Positions 41,665 to 51,788 of a stretch of DNA of 64,000 nucleotides are shown here, piece by piece. Source of the stretch: an uncultured Actinomycetota bacterium (lineage in GTDB: Bacteria; Actinomycetota; Actinomycetes; S36-B12); NCBI GenBank assembly GCA_963749905.1, contig CAVVOF010000006.1:318379-382378 (forward strand). The letters run 5' to 3'. Numbering within the stretch: the stretch's first letter is position 1; every line of letters starts with the position of its first letter. Below the pieces are notes generated by a model that was given only the letters and a program-made list of their open reading frames with translations, did not search any database and was not told the origin of the DNA. Both the position numbers and the translations under genes were made by a program.

Positions 41665-41728
41665 CGTCTGTCTTGAGGTTGGTGGTCGGAAAACGGCCGT
41701 TTTCCGACCACCAACCTCAAGACAGACG
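41665..41728. repeat. 64-bp perfect palindrome, REP-like (copy 2)
   Basis: cgtctgtcttgaggttggtggtcggaaaacgg|ccgttttccgaccaccaacctcaagacagacg. Confidence 0.95.
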
Positions 41729-41737
41729 CGGAGTGGT

Positions 41738-42121
41738 TCAGCGGCGGACGACGACGGAGTCCACCGCCCGGTCGTGCAGACCGCGACCGTACGAGTCGAC
41801 CACCACTGCCGGAATCACCAGGCACAGCAGCACCGTGCGCAACGCCACCCGCCCGAGGGTCAGGCGCGATCCATCGGTCCGCACGACGGCCAGGCCCAGC
41901 AGGCGCTGCCCGAAGGACGCGCCGATCAGCCACGTCAGCACGATGACCTCCAGCGCGAACACCGACAGCACCGCCACTGAGCTCTCGAGGGACCCGTACG
42001 CGACGTCGCGGAAGACCAGCAGGGACACCGCCGTCGCCGCGAGCCAGTCGATGACCAGGGCCAGCAGGCGCCGGCCGAACCCGGCGATCGCCCCCGGCGC
42101 AGCAGTCGTCTCCTCAGGCAC
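41738..42121 (-). CDS. RDD family membrane protein
   Basis: GRRLLALVIDW, GQRLLGL, GRGLHDR; divergent from glnA. Confidence 0.9.
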   Translation of the reverse strand: MPEETTAAPGAIAGFGRRLLALVIDWLAATAVSLLVFRDVAYGSLESSVAVLSVFALEVIVLTWLIGASFGQRLLGLAVVRTDGSRLTLGRVALRTVLLCLVIPAVVVDSYGRGLHDRAVDSVVVRR

Positions 42122-42163
42122 CCGGACACGCTATCGGCCGCGGCATGACCCTTCCGCTGCCGG

Positions 42164-42217
42164 TTAACACGTCCGAAACAGACGGGATACCGCCGGGACA
42201 CCGCTCCTCCGTAGTGT
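42164..42217 (+). promoter_or_regulatory. GlnR box and -10 element of glnA
   Basis: TTAAC-n6-GAAAC-n6-GATAC-n6-GACAC (11-bp period) followed by TAGTGT. Confidence 0.75.
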
Positions 42218-42323
42218 TCAGCTGTCGGAGGCGGCCGCCCCCGACCCGGCGGGGCCCCCCGCGCGAGGCGAACGCACCAGAGCGGTGCACGACCAAGGCT
42301 CGCCCAGGCGAGCAGGAGGTGAC

Positions 42324-43748
42324 ATGTTCAGTTCCCACGACGAGGTCAAGAAGTACATCAAGGATGAGGGCATCGAGTTCGTCGACGTCCGCTTCATCGA
42401 CCTCCCCGGCATCATGCAGCACTTCAACATGCCGACGTCGGCGTTCGACGACGCCGCCTTCGAGGACGGCCTGATGTTCGACGGATCCTCGATCCGCGGC
42501 TTCCAGGCCATCAACGAGTCCGACATGAAGCTGCTCCCCGATCCTGCGACCGCGTACCTCGACCCGTTCCGCAAGGCGAAGACCCTGGTGATGAACTTCG
42601 CCGTGGTCGATCCGTACACCGGCGAGCCCTACAGCCGCGATCCCCGTGGCGTGGCCGGCAAGGCCGAGGCCTACCTGAAGTCGACCGGCATCGCCGACAC
42701 CTGCTACTTCGGTCCCGAGGCCGAGTTCTACGTGTTCGACGACGTGCGTTACGACACGCAGGCGAACGAGGGGTACTACCACATCGACTCCATCGAGGGC
42801 GCCTGGAACACCGGTCGCGTCGAGGAGGGCGGCAACCGCGGCTACAAGACCCGCTTCAAGGGCGGCTACTTCCCGGTCCCGCCGGTCGATCACTTCGCCG
42901 ACATCCGCGACGAGATGGTGGCCAAGCTGCTGCAGGTCGGCCTGCAGGTCGAGCGCTCGCACCACGAGGTCGGCACCGCCGGCCAGGGCGAGATCAACTA
43001 CAAGTTCAACACGCTGCAGCATGCGGCCGACGAGGTGATGCTGTTCAAGTACATCATCAAGAACGTCGCGTGGGAGCACGGCAAGACCGCGACCTTCATG
43101 CCGAAGCCGCTCTTCGGCGACAACGGCTCGGGCATGCACTGCCACCAGTCCCTGTGGAAGGACGGCGAGCCGCTGTTCTACGACGAGAAGGGCTACGGCG
43201 GCCTGTCCGACCTGGCCCGCTGGTACATCGGCGGCCTGCTGGAGCACGCGCCCTCGCTGCTGGCGTTCACCAACCCGACGGTGAACTCCTACCACCGCCT
43301 GGTGCCCGGCTTCGAGGCTCCGGTCAACCTGGTGTACTCGGCGCGCAACCGCTCCGCCTGCATCCGCATCCCGGTCACGGGCAGCAACCCCAAGGCGAAG
43401 CGCATCGAGTTCCGGGTGCCCGACCCGTCGAGCAACCCGTACCTGGCGATGTCCGCGATGCTCATGGCGGGACTGGACGGCATCAAGAACCGGATCGAGC
43501 CGCACGCGCCGGTCGACAAGGACCTGTACGAGCTGCCCCCGGACGAGGCCGCCAGCATTCCGCAGGTGCCGGGATCGCTGTCTGCGGTGCTCGAAGCCCT
43601 CGAGGATGACAACGAGTACCTGCAGGCGGGTGGCGTGTTCACCGCCGACCTGATCGAGACCTGGATCGACTACAAGCGGATCAACGAGGTCGCACCGATC
43701 CAGCTGCGCCCGCACCCGTACGAGTTCGAGCTGTACTACGACATCTAG
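42324..43748 (+). CDS. glnA: glutamine synthetase type I
   Basis: [18 protein letters not shown]...NGSGMH, RIEFR, adenylylation site DKDLY; AGGAGG RBS. Confidence 0.97.
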   Translation: MFSSHDEVKKYIKDEGIEFVDVRFIDLPGIMQHFNMPTSAFDDAAFEDGLMFDGSSIRGFQAINESDMKLLPDPATAYLDPFRKAKTLVMNFAVVDPYTGEPYSRDPRGVAGKAEAYLKSTGIADTCYFGPEAEFYVFDDVRYDTQANEGYYHIDSIEGAWNTGRVEEGGNRGYKTRFKGGYFPVPPVDHFADIRDEMVAKLLQVGLQVERSHHEVGTAGQGEINYKFNTLQHAADEVMLFKYIIKNVAWEHGKTATFMPKPLFGDNGSGMHCHQSLWKDGEPLFYDEKGYGGLSDLARWYIGGLLEHAPSLLAFTNPTVNSYHRLVPGFEAPVNLVYSARNRSACIRIPVTGSNPKAKRIEFRVPDPSSNPYLAMSAMLMAGLDGIKNRIEPHAPVDKDLYELPPDEAASIPQVPGSLSAVLEALEDDNEYLQAGGVFTADLIETWIDYKRINEVAPIQLRPHPYEFELYYDI

Positions 43749-43826
43749 TCGTCACGGGGGCGAACCCGAGCAGTCACCCCCTGACGCAGGCTCCCTCCGC
43801 GTCGATTCGCCTCGCGCGCACAGGGA

Positions 43827-43867
43827 ACAGGGAGGCCCCCCGGTTTCGACCGGGGGGCCTCTCCTGT
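43827..43867 (+). terminator. glnA terminator hairpin
   Basis: acagggaggccccccggt-ttcg-accggggggcctctcctgt. Confidence 0.8.
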
Positions 43868-43883
43868 CGCCCATACTGGGCAC

Positions 43884-44339
43884 ATGAACCGCGGCGTGAT
43901 CGGGTGGCTCCTGGTGACCGTGCAGTTCGTCCTGCTGGTCGGCCTGGTCCTCCTCCCCCGCGAGAGCCCGACTCTGCTCCGGATGGCGATCGGCGTTCCC
44001 CTCATCGCGGCCGGGATCCTGCTCGGTCTGGTGGCCATGCGCCACCTCGGCACCGCCCTGACCCCCACCCCGGTCCCCATCGAAGGAGCCGGACTGCGCA
44101 CCGATGGCGCCTATCGCCGCGTGCGGCATCCGATCTACAGCGCGGTCCTGCTCATGGCCGTGGGCTACGCCACCATGATGGGGTCGGCGTGGACGTGGCT
44201 CGGCGTCGGTGTGCTCGCCGTGTTCTTCCTGGTCAAGTCGCGCTGGGAGGACTCCCTGCTCGCTGAGACCTACGCCGACGACTGGGCCGAATGGGCCAGC
44301 CGGACGGGGGCGCTGCTGCCGCGCTGGCGACGCGACTGA
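43884..44339 (+). CDS. isoprenylcysteine carboxyl methyltransferase / PEMT-family membrane protein
   Basis: LTPTPVP, GAYRRVRHPIYS, KSRWE. Confidence 0.85.
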   Translation: MNRGVIGWLLVTVQFVLLVGLVLLPRESPTLLRMAIGVPLIAAGILLGLVAMRHLGTALTPTPVPIEGAGLRTDGAYRRVRHPIYSAVLLMAVGYATMMGSAWTWLGVGVLAVFFLVKSRWEDSLLAETYADDWAEWASRTGALLPRWRRD

Positions 44340-44345
44340 CGGCTC

Positions 44346-47300
44346 TCAGTCCTCGTCGTCCTCAATGCCGTAGAACAGACGGTCGACAACCTGGCGCGCG
44401 CGGCGGGTGATCCGGCGGTAGTCGTCGAGCATCCTCCCGGTCGCCCCCAGCTCGTACCCCAGCGTGTAGGCCACGGCGCGACGCTCGCGCACGTCGGTCG
44501 GCACCATGTCGCTGGGCCGCCCACGCACCAGCATCGTCGAGTTCCTGATCGCTGTCGCCGTGCGCCAGGCGTACGCCAGCGCCGCCGCGTCGGCGTCCAC
44601 GATCAGTCCGGCAGTCCGCGCGGCCTCGAGGGCCTCGAGCGTCGACGTGGTGCGCAGCCCCGGCACCGCGTCGGCATGGCGCATCTGCAGCAGCTGCACC
44701 ACCCACTCGACATCACTCAGTCCGCCGCGACCCAACTTCGTGTGCAGCGTGGGGTCGGCGCCACGGGGCAGCCGCTCGGACTCCATCCGGGCCTTCAGCC
44801 GGCGCACCTCCCGGACCTCGTCCTCCGACAGATTGCCGCCCCAACGGAGCGGATCCACCAGCGCGACGAACCGCTCGCCGAGTTCGGGATCGCCGGCCAC
44901 GAACGAGGCCCGCAGCAGCGCCTGCGCCTCCCAGGTGGCCGACCACCGGTCGTAGTAGGCCGCATACGAGGCCAGCGAACGGACCAAGGGACCCTGCCTG
45001 CCCTCCGGCCGCAGGTCCGCGTCGATGTCCAGGGGCGGATCCCCACTGGGCGCCATCAGCAGGCTGCGCAGGTCCTCCGCGATCTGGTGCGCGGTACGGG
45101 TGGCCGGCTGCTCCTCGGTGCCGGCCGCGGGCTCGTAGACGAACATGACATCGGCGTCGCTGCTGAAGCCGAGCTCACGACCGCCGAAGCGACCCATGCC
45201 GATGACCGCGAACAACACCGATCCGTCCGGGTCCACGCTGTCCCGGACGACGCGCAGCGCACCCTCGACGGTGACCATGGCCACCGCCGTCAGCGCGGCG
45301 CCCGCGGCATCCGGAGTGGCCATCCCGAGCAGCTCAGCGGCAGCGATCCGGAACAGTTCCCGACGCCGGACCGAGCGAATCGCGGCGACGGCCTGCTCGG
45401 GCGCCTCGTGGCGTTCGACGATCGACATGACCTCGGCTCGCAGGGCCTCCGGGTCACGAGGCACGAGCTCGTCATCGTCAGCGAGGATCGACACCGACTC
45501 CGGCGCCTGCAGGACGAGTTCGGTCGCGTACCTGCTCGAGGCGAGGATGCGCGCGAGCCGCTCGGCGGCGATCGACTCGTCGCGCAGCAGTCGCAGGTAC
45601 CAGTGGGTGGCCCCCAGCGCATCGCTGACCCGGCGGAAGCCCAGCAGACCGCCATCCGGATCGGGGGCGTCCGCGAACCAGCCCAGCATCACGGGGAGGA
45701 GCGTCCGCTGGATGGCCGCGCGGCGGCTCACCCCCGAGGTCAGGGCCTCGAGGTGGCGCAGCGCACTGGCGGGGTCGAGGTAGCCGAGCGCTTGGAGCCG
45801 CTGCTCCGCGGCCTCGACGCTGAGCCGCGCCTCCCCTGCCTCCAGCCGCGCTACGGCCCTGAGCAGCGGACGGTAGAAGAGCTTCTCGTGCAGGCGCCGC
45901 ACCTCGCGCGCGTGCTTGCGCCACGTCTTCACCAGGTCGCCCACCGGGTCGCTGCGGAAGCCGAGCGACCGCCCGAGTCGACGCAGCTCCACCTCGCCCT
46001 CCGGCATGGTGTGCGTGCGCCTCAGCTTCTGCAGCTGGATGCGATGCTCCAACGTACGCAGGAAGCGGTACGCCTCGGCCAGCGTCGACGCGTCGTCCCG
46101 ACCGACGTAGCCCCAGGTGGAGAGCGCCTCGAGCGCCACGAGGGTCGTCGGGCTGCGGAGCATGACGTCGCTGCGACCGTGCACGAGCTGCAGCAGCTGG
46201 ACGGAGAACTCCACGTCGCGCAGCCCACCCGGGCCGAGCTTCAGCTCGCGGTCAGCGAGGCGAGCGGGGATGTGCTGCTCGACGCGCTTCCGCATGGCCT
46301 GGGCGTCCTCGACGAATGTCGGATGATCGGCCGCACTCCAGACGAATGGGCTGACCGCATCGACGTACTCGGCACCGAGCACGACGTCGCCGGCCGCAGG
46401 ACGAGCCTTGAGCAGGGCCTGGAACTCCCAGGTGCTGGCCCATCGCTCGTAGTACCCGACGTGCGAGGCGATGGTCCGCACGAGTGCGCCCTGCTTGCCC
46501 TCGGGACGCAGGTTGGGATCGACCTCCCAGATGGTCCCCTCGGCCGTCACCGCGCTGCACGCGCGCATGAGGGCGCTCGCGAGGGCCGTGGCGGTCGCCA
46601 GCGCCTCGGCCTCGTCGGTGCCCTCGACCGGCTCGGCCACGTAGATGACGTCGACGTCGCTGACGTAGTTGAGCTCCTGCGCCCCGCACTTCCCCATGCC
46701 GATGACGGCGAACCGGCAGCTCTCGACGCGCTCGCCCACCTCGGCCCGAGCGATGGCCAGGGCAGCCTCGAGGACGCAGTCGGCCAGGTCCGACAGCCAC
46801 GTGGCGACGGCGTCCATGCCGGCCAGGCCGCTCAGGTCGCGGGCGGCGATCCCCAGCAGCGCTCGCCGGTAGGCAATCCGGAGACGGTCAAGTGCAGGCT
46901 CACCGGTTTCGGTCGCGACGGGCAGCGGACTGTCGGGATGGGCTCCCACGGACTGCAGCAGCTCGATGCGCGTCTGGCGTGCCGAGGGCGCGGTCGTCAG
47001 CGCCTCCGCGTCGGCCAGCACCTGCCACTCGCCAGGGTGCCGCGTCAGGAACTCGCCGAGTGCTTCCGACATGCCGAGCACCTCGGTCAGGCGCCGGCGC
47101 AGGTCGGGATCGGCCGAAAGGGCCCCGATCAGCCGCGCGTACTCCCGCTCATCGGCCGCCTCGAGGATGCGGATGAGCAGCAACAGCGCGGAGTCGGGAT
47201 CGGCTGCCGCCCCCAGGTCGACCAGCACGTCGGCGTCGTCCTCGTCGTCCAGCAGTGGCTCCAGCCGTGGCGATTCGCACAGGCGCTGGGCGCGGGCGAG

Positions 47301-47357
47301 GTCCTGGAAGCCCAGCCGCGCCAGTCGGGCGGACTCGGACGATCGACGAGCCGTCAT
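44346..47357 (-). CDS. glnE: glutamine synthetase adenylyltransferase/deadenylase
   Basis: Two nucleotidyltransferase domains: GMGKCG..ELNYVSDVD and GMGRFGG.ELGFSSDAD; LRPEG twice. Confidence 0.95.
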   Translation of the reverse strand: MTARRSSESARLARLGFQDLARAQRLCESPRLEPLLDDEDDADVLVDLGAAADPDSALLLLIRILEAADEREYARLIGALSADPDLRRRLTEVLGMSEALGEFLTRHPGEWQVLADAEALTTAPSARQTRIELLQSVGAHPDSPLPVATETGEPALDRLRIAYRRALLGIAARDLSGLAGMDAVATWLSDLADCVLEAALAIARAEVGERVESCRFAVIGMGKCGAQELNYVSDVDVIYVAEPVEGTDEAEALATATALASALMRACSAVTAEGTIWEVDPNLRPEGKQGALVRTIASHVGYYERWASTWEFQALLKARPAAGDVVLGAEYVDAVSPFVWSAADHPTFVEDAQAMRKRVEQHIPARLADRELKLGPGGLRDVEFSVQLLQLVHGRSDVMLRSPTTLVALEALSTWGYVGRDDASTLAEAYRFLRTLEHRIQLQKLRRTHTMPEGEVELRRLGRSLGFRSDPVGDLVKTWRKHAREVRRLHEKLFYRPLLRAVARLEAGEARLSVEAAEQRLQALGYLDPASALRHLEALTSGVSRRAAIQRTLLPVMLGWFADAPDPDGGLLGFRRVSDALGATHWYLRLLRDESIAAERLARILASSRYATELVLQAPESVSILADDDELVPRDPEALRAEVMSIVERHEAPEQAVAAIRSVRRRELFRIAAAELLGMATPDAAGAALTAVAMVTVEGALRVVRDSVDPDGSVLFAVIGMGRFGGRELGFSSDADVMFVYEPAAGTEEQPATRTAHQIAEDLRSLLMAPSGDPPLDIDADLRPEGRQGPLVRSLASYAAYYDRWSATWEAQALLRASFVAGDPELGERFVALVDPLRWGGNLSEDEVREVRRLKARMESERLPRGADPTLHTKLGRGGLSDVEWVVQLLQMRHADAVPGLRTTSTLEALEAARTAGLIVDADAAALAYAWRTATAIRNSTMLVRGRPSDMVPTDVRERRAVAYTLGYELGATGRMLDDYRRITRRARQVVDRLFYGIEDDED

Positions 47358-48118
47358 GCGGACTCGGCGTCGGCCGCGGCTCGGCGCGCCCACACCAGGT
47401 CCGCCCACGCGCGCGTGAAGGGCCGCCAGGCGGTGATCAGCGCAGGCTCAGCCTCGTCAACGGCCTCTGCGGCGACGAGCGGATCCACCCCTGAGCGCTC
47501 CAGCGCCTCGTCGACGTAGTCCGCCCAGGACCGGAACGCGGCCGCGTCCAGCTCGGGATGCAGCTGCAGGCCGTACGCGCTGTCGCCCACGCGGAACCCC
47601 TGCACGCGGCAGGCCTCGTTCGTCAGCAGCAGGACCGCCCCGGGCGGCAGTTCGATGACATGGTCCTGGTGCCACTGGGCCGCCGGGATCTCGACGCCGT
47701 GTGAGGGCACCGCACTGGATACCACTGGGTCGAGCAGGCCATCGACGGTCTGCCGCACGTACGACAGTCCGATCTCCTGGATCGGGCCGAGCTCGACCCG
47801 TCCACCCGTCGCGCTGGCGAGCAGCTGGCCGCCCAGGCACAGGCCCAGCACCGGAATCCCCCGTTCGACCGCGTCCGCCAGCAGGCGCTGCTCGGCGGGC
47901 AGCCAGTCGGCCAGGTGGTCGTCGGCGTGCCCTACCGACCCACCGAGCGAGAGCAGGCCGTGGACCCCGTCGGGCACCGTCGTCGGCACCGGGTCGCCGA
48001 GGTGGGCACGGACCACATCGACCCGGACCCCCGACTCCTCGAGCCACTCCCCCACGAGCAGGGGCGGATCGGTCGGGTCGTTCTGGATGGCAAGGACGAC
48101 GGGCTGCGCAGGACTCAC
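47354..48118 (-). CDS. type 1 glutamine amidotransferase-like protein
   Basis: GLCLGGQ, QWHQD, LQLHPE catalytic triad. Confidence 0.88.
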   Translation of the reverse strand: MSPAQPVVLAIQNDPTDPPLLVGEWLEESGVRVDVVRAHLGDPVPTTVPDGVHGLLSLGGSVGHADDHLADWLPAEQRLLADAVERGIPVLGLCLGGQLLASATGGRVELGPIQEIGLSYVRQTVDGLLDPVVSSAVPSHGVEIPAAQWHQDHVIELPPGAVLLLTNEACRVQGFRVGDSAYGLQLHPELDAAAFRSWADYVDEALERSGVDPLVAAEAVDEAEPALITAWRPFTRAWADLVWARRAAADAESA

Positions 48119-49452
48119 AAAAGGGGAAGGTATCGGTCAATCTCCCAGCGAGTCACCTGGCGTCGGTACTCGGCCCACTCCGCCTGCTTGTTGCGCAGGA
48201 AGAAGTCGAAGACATGCTCGCCCAGCGTCTCCGCGACGAGTTCCGAGCGCTCCATCGCCTGCACGGCCTGGCCGAGGCTCGAGGGCAGTGGCTTCATGCC
48301 GAGCGCCCGCCGCTCTCCTTCGGTCAACGCCCAGACGTCGTCCTCCGCGCCACGCGGGAGTTCGTAGCCCTCCTCGATCCCCTTCAGCCCTGCGGCGAGC
48401 AGCACCGCGAAGGCGAGGTAGGGGTTCGTGGCGCTGTCGAGGGAGCGGAACTCGATACGAGTGCTGTTGCCCTTCGAGGGCTTGTACATCGGCACCCGGA
48501 TGAGGGACGACCGGTTGTTGTGCCCCCAGCAGATCCACGCGGGGGCCTCGCCACCCCCGGCCAGCCGCTTGTAGGAGTTGACCCACTGGTTCGTCACGGC
48601 GGTGATCTCGGGTGCATGCACCAGGAGGCCGGCGATGAACGATCGGGCCACCTTCGACAGCTGGTACTCCGCCCCCGCCTCGAAGAAGGCGTTGCGATCG
48701 CCCTCGAACAGGGACAGGTGCGTGTGCATGCCTGAGCCGGGATGGTCCCGCATCGGCTTCGGCATGAAGGACGCGTACAGGCCCTGCTCCAGCGCGACCT
48801 CCTGGACGACGAGCCGGAAGGTCATCAGGTTGTCGGCCGTGGTCAGCGCGTCGGCGTAGCGCAGGTCGATCTCCTGCTGTCCGGGGCCGCCCTCGTGGTG
48901 GCTGAACTCGACGGAGATGCCCATCTGCTCCAGCATGGTGATCGCGTGCCGCCGGAAGTCGTGGCCGACGCCGTGCGGGGCATTGTCGAAGTACCCGTAC
49001 CGGTCCACCGGCTCGGGCACGATGCCGGGCTCGGGCATGTTCTTGAACAGGTAGAACTCCACCTCGGGGTGCGTGTAGAAGGTGAACCCCAGGTCGGCCG
49101 CTCGCGTCAGCGTCCGCTTGAGCACGTAGCGCGGGTCGGCGTAGGACGGCGAACCGTCCGGCAGCAGGATGTCGCAGAACAGGCGCGCCACCCCGGGACC
49201 CTCACTGCGCCACGGCAACAGCGAGAACGTCGACGGGTCGGGCTTGGCCAGCATGTCCGACTCGTAGACACGCGTGAAGCCCTCGATCGCCGATCCGTCG
49301 AACCCGATTCCCTCGGCGAATGCACCCTCGAGCTCCGCGGGCGCGATCGCGACCGACTTGAGGGTGCCGAGCACGTCCGTGAACCACAGTCGGACGAATC
49401 GGATGTCGCGTTCCTCGATGGTCCGGAGGACGAACTCCGCCTGCTTGTCCAT
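48115..49452 (-). CDS. glnA2: glutamine synthetase-like protein GlnA2
   Basis: IRFVRLWFTD, FDGSAIEGF, SHHEGGPGQQE, FMPKP..GSGMH; upstream of glnE, divergent from nadE. Confidence 0.92.
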   Translation of the reverse strand: MDKQAEFVLRTIEERDIRFVRLWFTDVLGTLKSVAIAPAELEGAFAEGIGFDGSAIEGFTRVYESDMLAKPDPSTFSLLPWRSEGPGVARLFCDILLPDGSPSYADPRYVLKRTLTRAADLGFTFYTHPEVEFYLFKNMPEPGIVPEPVDRYGYFDNAPHGVGHDFRRHAITMLEQMGISVEFSHHEGGPGQQEIDLRYADALTTADNLMTFRLVVQEVALEQGLYASFMPKPMRDHPGSGMHTHLSLFEGDRNAFFEAGAEYQLSKVARSFIAGLLVHAPEITAVTNQWVNSYKRLAGGGEAPAWICWGHNNRSSLIRVPMYKPSKGNSTRIEFRSLDSATNPYLAFAVLLAAGLKGIEEGYELPRGAEDDVWALTEGERRALGMKPLPSSLGQAVQAMERSELVAETLGEHVFDFFLRNKQAEWAEYRRQVTRWEIDRYLPLL

Positions 49453-49513
49453 ACGCCCATACTGTCGCGCCCGGTGTTACGCGGGGGTTAAACGCGCCCA
49501 GTAATCTCAACCC

Positions 49514-51187
49514 GTGCCCACGCTGCGCAGTGCCCTGATCCAGGTGAACTCGGTCGTCGGCGACCTGGCCGGGAATGCGGCGCTGGTGCGCGCTGCAGTG
49601 TCGGAGGCGGCGGCCCACCAGGCCCGACTCGTGGTGCTGCCCGAACTCGTCCTCACCGGCTACCCCGTCGAAGACCTCGCGCTGCGCCCCTCCTTCCAGA
49701 CGGCGGCGCGCACCGCCGTCCACCAGCTGGCCGCCGACCTCGCCGCGGACGGCCATGGCGCCATCACCTGTCTGGTCGGCTACCTCGACTTCCTGGACGA
49801 GGATGGCGACAGCGCGACGGGCCGGCCCCGCCGGGCACCCGTGAACGCCGCCGCCGTGATCCGGGACGGCCAGGTCACCGCCCGCTACGTCAAGCACCAC
49901 CTGCCCAACTACGGCGTGTTCGACGAGGCCCGCTACTTCGTCTCCGGCGACCAGCCACAGGTCATCGACGTGGACGGTGTCGACGTCTCGATCGCGATCT
50001 GCGAGGACCTTTGGCAGGAGGGTGGTCCGGTCGCCTGGACCCGAGCCGCCGGTGCTCCTGTGCTGGCCGTGCTGAACGCGTCGCCCTACGAGCAGGACAA
50101 GGACGACGTCCGGCTCGAGCTGTGCCAGCGCAGGGCTCGCGAGTCGGGGGCCACCCTGCTGTACGCGAACCTGGTCGGCGCCCAGGACGAACTGGTCTTC
50201 GACGGTGACTCACTGGCCGTGGCCCCGGACGGCACGCTGCTCGGCCGGGCCGCTCAGTTCGAGACCGGCGTCCTCATCGTCGACGTGGACACGGACACGC
50301 CACGGGCCGCCGCCGGACCGGTGGCATATCGGCTGGACACCCACGCCGAGGTGTACGGCGCACTCGTCCTCGGCCTGCGTGACTATGTCGACAAGAACGG
50401 CTTTCCGTCGGTGATCCTCGGGCTCAGCGGCGGCATCGACTCGGCGCTGGTGGCGGCACTCGCCGTCGACGCCTTCGGCCCAGAGCGGGTTTTCGGCGTG
50501 GCACTGCCGAGCGTGTACTCGTCCGAGCACTCGGTCGCCGATGCATACGACCTCGCCGAACGCACCGGGCTGCGCATCCGGACGGTGCCCATCGCCGGCA
50601 TGGTCGACGCCTATCAGGAGGCCCTGCACCTGAGCGGCCTGGCCGAGGAGAACCTGCAGGCGCGCGTGCGCGGCACCACGCTGATGGCACTGTCGAACGC
50701 CGAGGGCCACCTCGTCCTCGCTACCGGGAACAAGAGCGAGCTGGCCGTCGGCTACTCGACCATCTACGGCGACGCCGTCGGCGGGTTCGCCCCCATCAAG
50801 GACGTCCCGAAGACTCTGGTGTGGGAGCTCGCGCGCTGGCGGAACGCACAGGCAGACGCGGCCGGAGCGGTGGCGCCGATCCCCCCGAACAGCATCGAGA
50901 AGCCTCCGAGCGCCGAGCTGCGCCCGGACCAGAAGGACACCGACTCACTGCCCGACTACCTGCTCCTCGACCAGCTCCTCGATCGCTACGTCGCGGGCGA
51001 CCACAGCGCAGCCGACCTGGTGAGCGCGGGCTTCGATCCGGCGCTCGTCGAGCGCATCCTCCGACTGACCGACCTCGCGGAGTACAAGCGACGGCAGTAT
51101 CCACCGGGCACCAAGATCTCGCTGCGGGCCTTCGGGCGCGATCGCCGCCTGCCGATCACGAACCGCTGGCGCGAGTCCGCTCCCTGA
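49514..51187 (+). CDS. nadE: glutamine-dependent NAD+ synthetase
   Basis: Nitrilase-fold domain (PEL, LPNYGVFDE, ICED) plus GLSGGIDS, NKSE, PSAEL. Confidence 0.96.
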   Translation: MPTLRSALIQVNSVVGDLAGNAALVRAAVSEAAAHQARLVVLPELVLTGYPVEDLALRPSFQTAARTAVHQLAADLAADGHGAITCLVGYLDFLDEDGDSATGRPRRAPVNAAAVIRDGQVTARYVKHHLPNYGVFDEARYFVSGDQPQVIDVDGVDVSIAICEDLWQEGGPVAWTRAAGAPVLAVLNASPYEQDKDDVRLELCQRRARESGATLLYANLVGAQDELVFDGDSLAVAPDGTLLGRAAQFETGVLIVDVDTDTPRAAAGPVAYRLDTHAEVYGALVLGLRDYVDKNGFPSVILGLSGGIDSALVAALAVDAFGPERVFGVALPSVYSSEHSVADAYDLAERTGLRIRTVPIAGMVDAYQEALHLSGLAEENLQARVRGTTLMALSNAEGHLVLATGNKSELAVGYSTIYGDAVGGFAPIKDVPKTLVWELARWRNAQADAAGAVAPIPPNSIEKPPSAELRPDQKDTDSLPDYLLLDQLLDRYVAGDHSAADLVSAGFDPALVERILRLTDLAEYKRRQYPPGTKISLRAFGRDRRLPITNRWRESAP

Positions 51188-51788
51188 CCAGGCCGGTCAG
51201 GATGGTGTCGACAATGGCCTCCACGGAAACGCTGGCGGCCGACGCCACGCAGTCCCACGCGCCGAGGTAGAACATCGGGCCGACGAGTACCGGGATGAGT
51301 GCATCGGGGTCGAGGTCGGCCCGCAGCTCGCCCGTCGCGATCCCGTCGGCGATGACGTCACGGATGACCTGACGTCGCGGGGCGAGCACCTTTGCGTGCA
51401 CCATTTCGGCGAGCTCCGGTGACTGCAAGCCCTGGGCGACCGACTGCATGAGCAGCCGCCCGGGCATCGACGTCGTCGATCGCACGCGCACGCCTGACAG
51501 GACCTGCACCAGGCGATCCCGCACCGGACCGGGCGCGGGTGCGGTCGGCAGATCGTCGTTCAGCCGCAGCAGTGCTCCCACCACGAGGTCCTCCCGCGTC
51601 GGGAAGCGCCGATAGACCGTGGTCTTGGCCACGCCCGCGTGCGCGGCCACCTCCTCGACAGTGAAGCGCTCGAACCCGCCGGTGGAAAGGATCTCGAGGG
51701 CGGACGCGGTGATCTGCTCGTCGATGCGCTCGTCTCGGGGACGTCCCTTGCGGACGGCGACGTCCTCGCCGGCCCGTGCGACGCTCAC
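51156..51788 (-). CDS. TetR/AcrR family transcriptional regulator
   Basis: GRPR, VAAHAGVAKTTVYRRF helix-turn-helix. Confidence 0.92.
   Translation of the reverse strand: MSVARAGEDVAVRKGRPRDERIDEQITASALEILSTGGFERFTVEEVAAHAGVAKTTVYRRFPTREDLVVGALLRLNDDLPTAPAPGPVRDRLVQVLSGVRVRSTTSMPGRLLMQSVAQGLQSPELAEMVHAKVLAPRRQVIRDVIADGIATGELRADLDPDALIPVLVGPMFYLGAWDCVASAASVSVEAIVDTILTGLVRERTRASGS

Noticed and set aside
16170-41728. The two matching palindromes as ends of a 25-kb composite mobile element
   Set aside because: The enclosed DNA is mostly core syntenic genes (pspA, cobTS, pepA, lpdA, lipAB), with no transposase, integrase or target duplication seen.
44676-47519. Very long antisense ORFs (947 aa here; also 27543-29783, 31713-33716, 22402-24306)
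   Set aside because: They mirror real genes on the opposite strand, as expected with strong GC3 bias, and have no recognisable motifs.
51156-51187. 32-nt convergent overlap of tetR and nadE as antisense regulation
   Set aside because: Short convergent overlaps are common in high-GC genomes, and an indel could also explain it.
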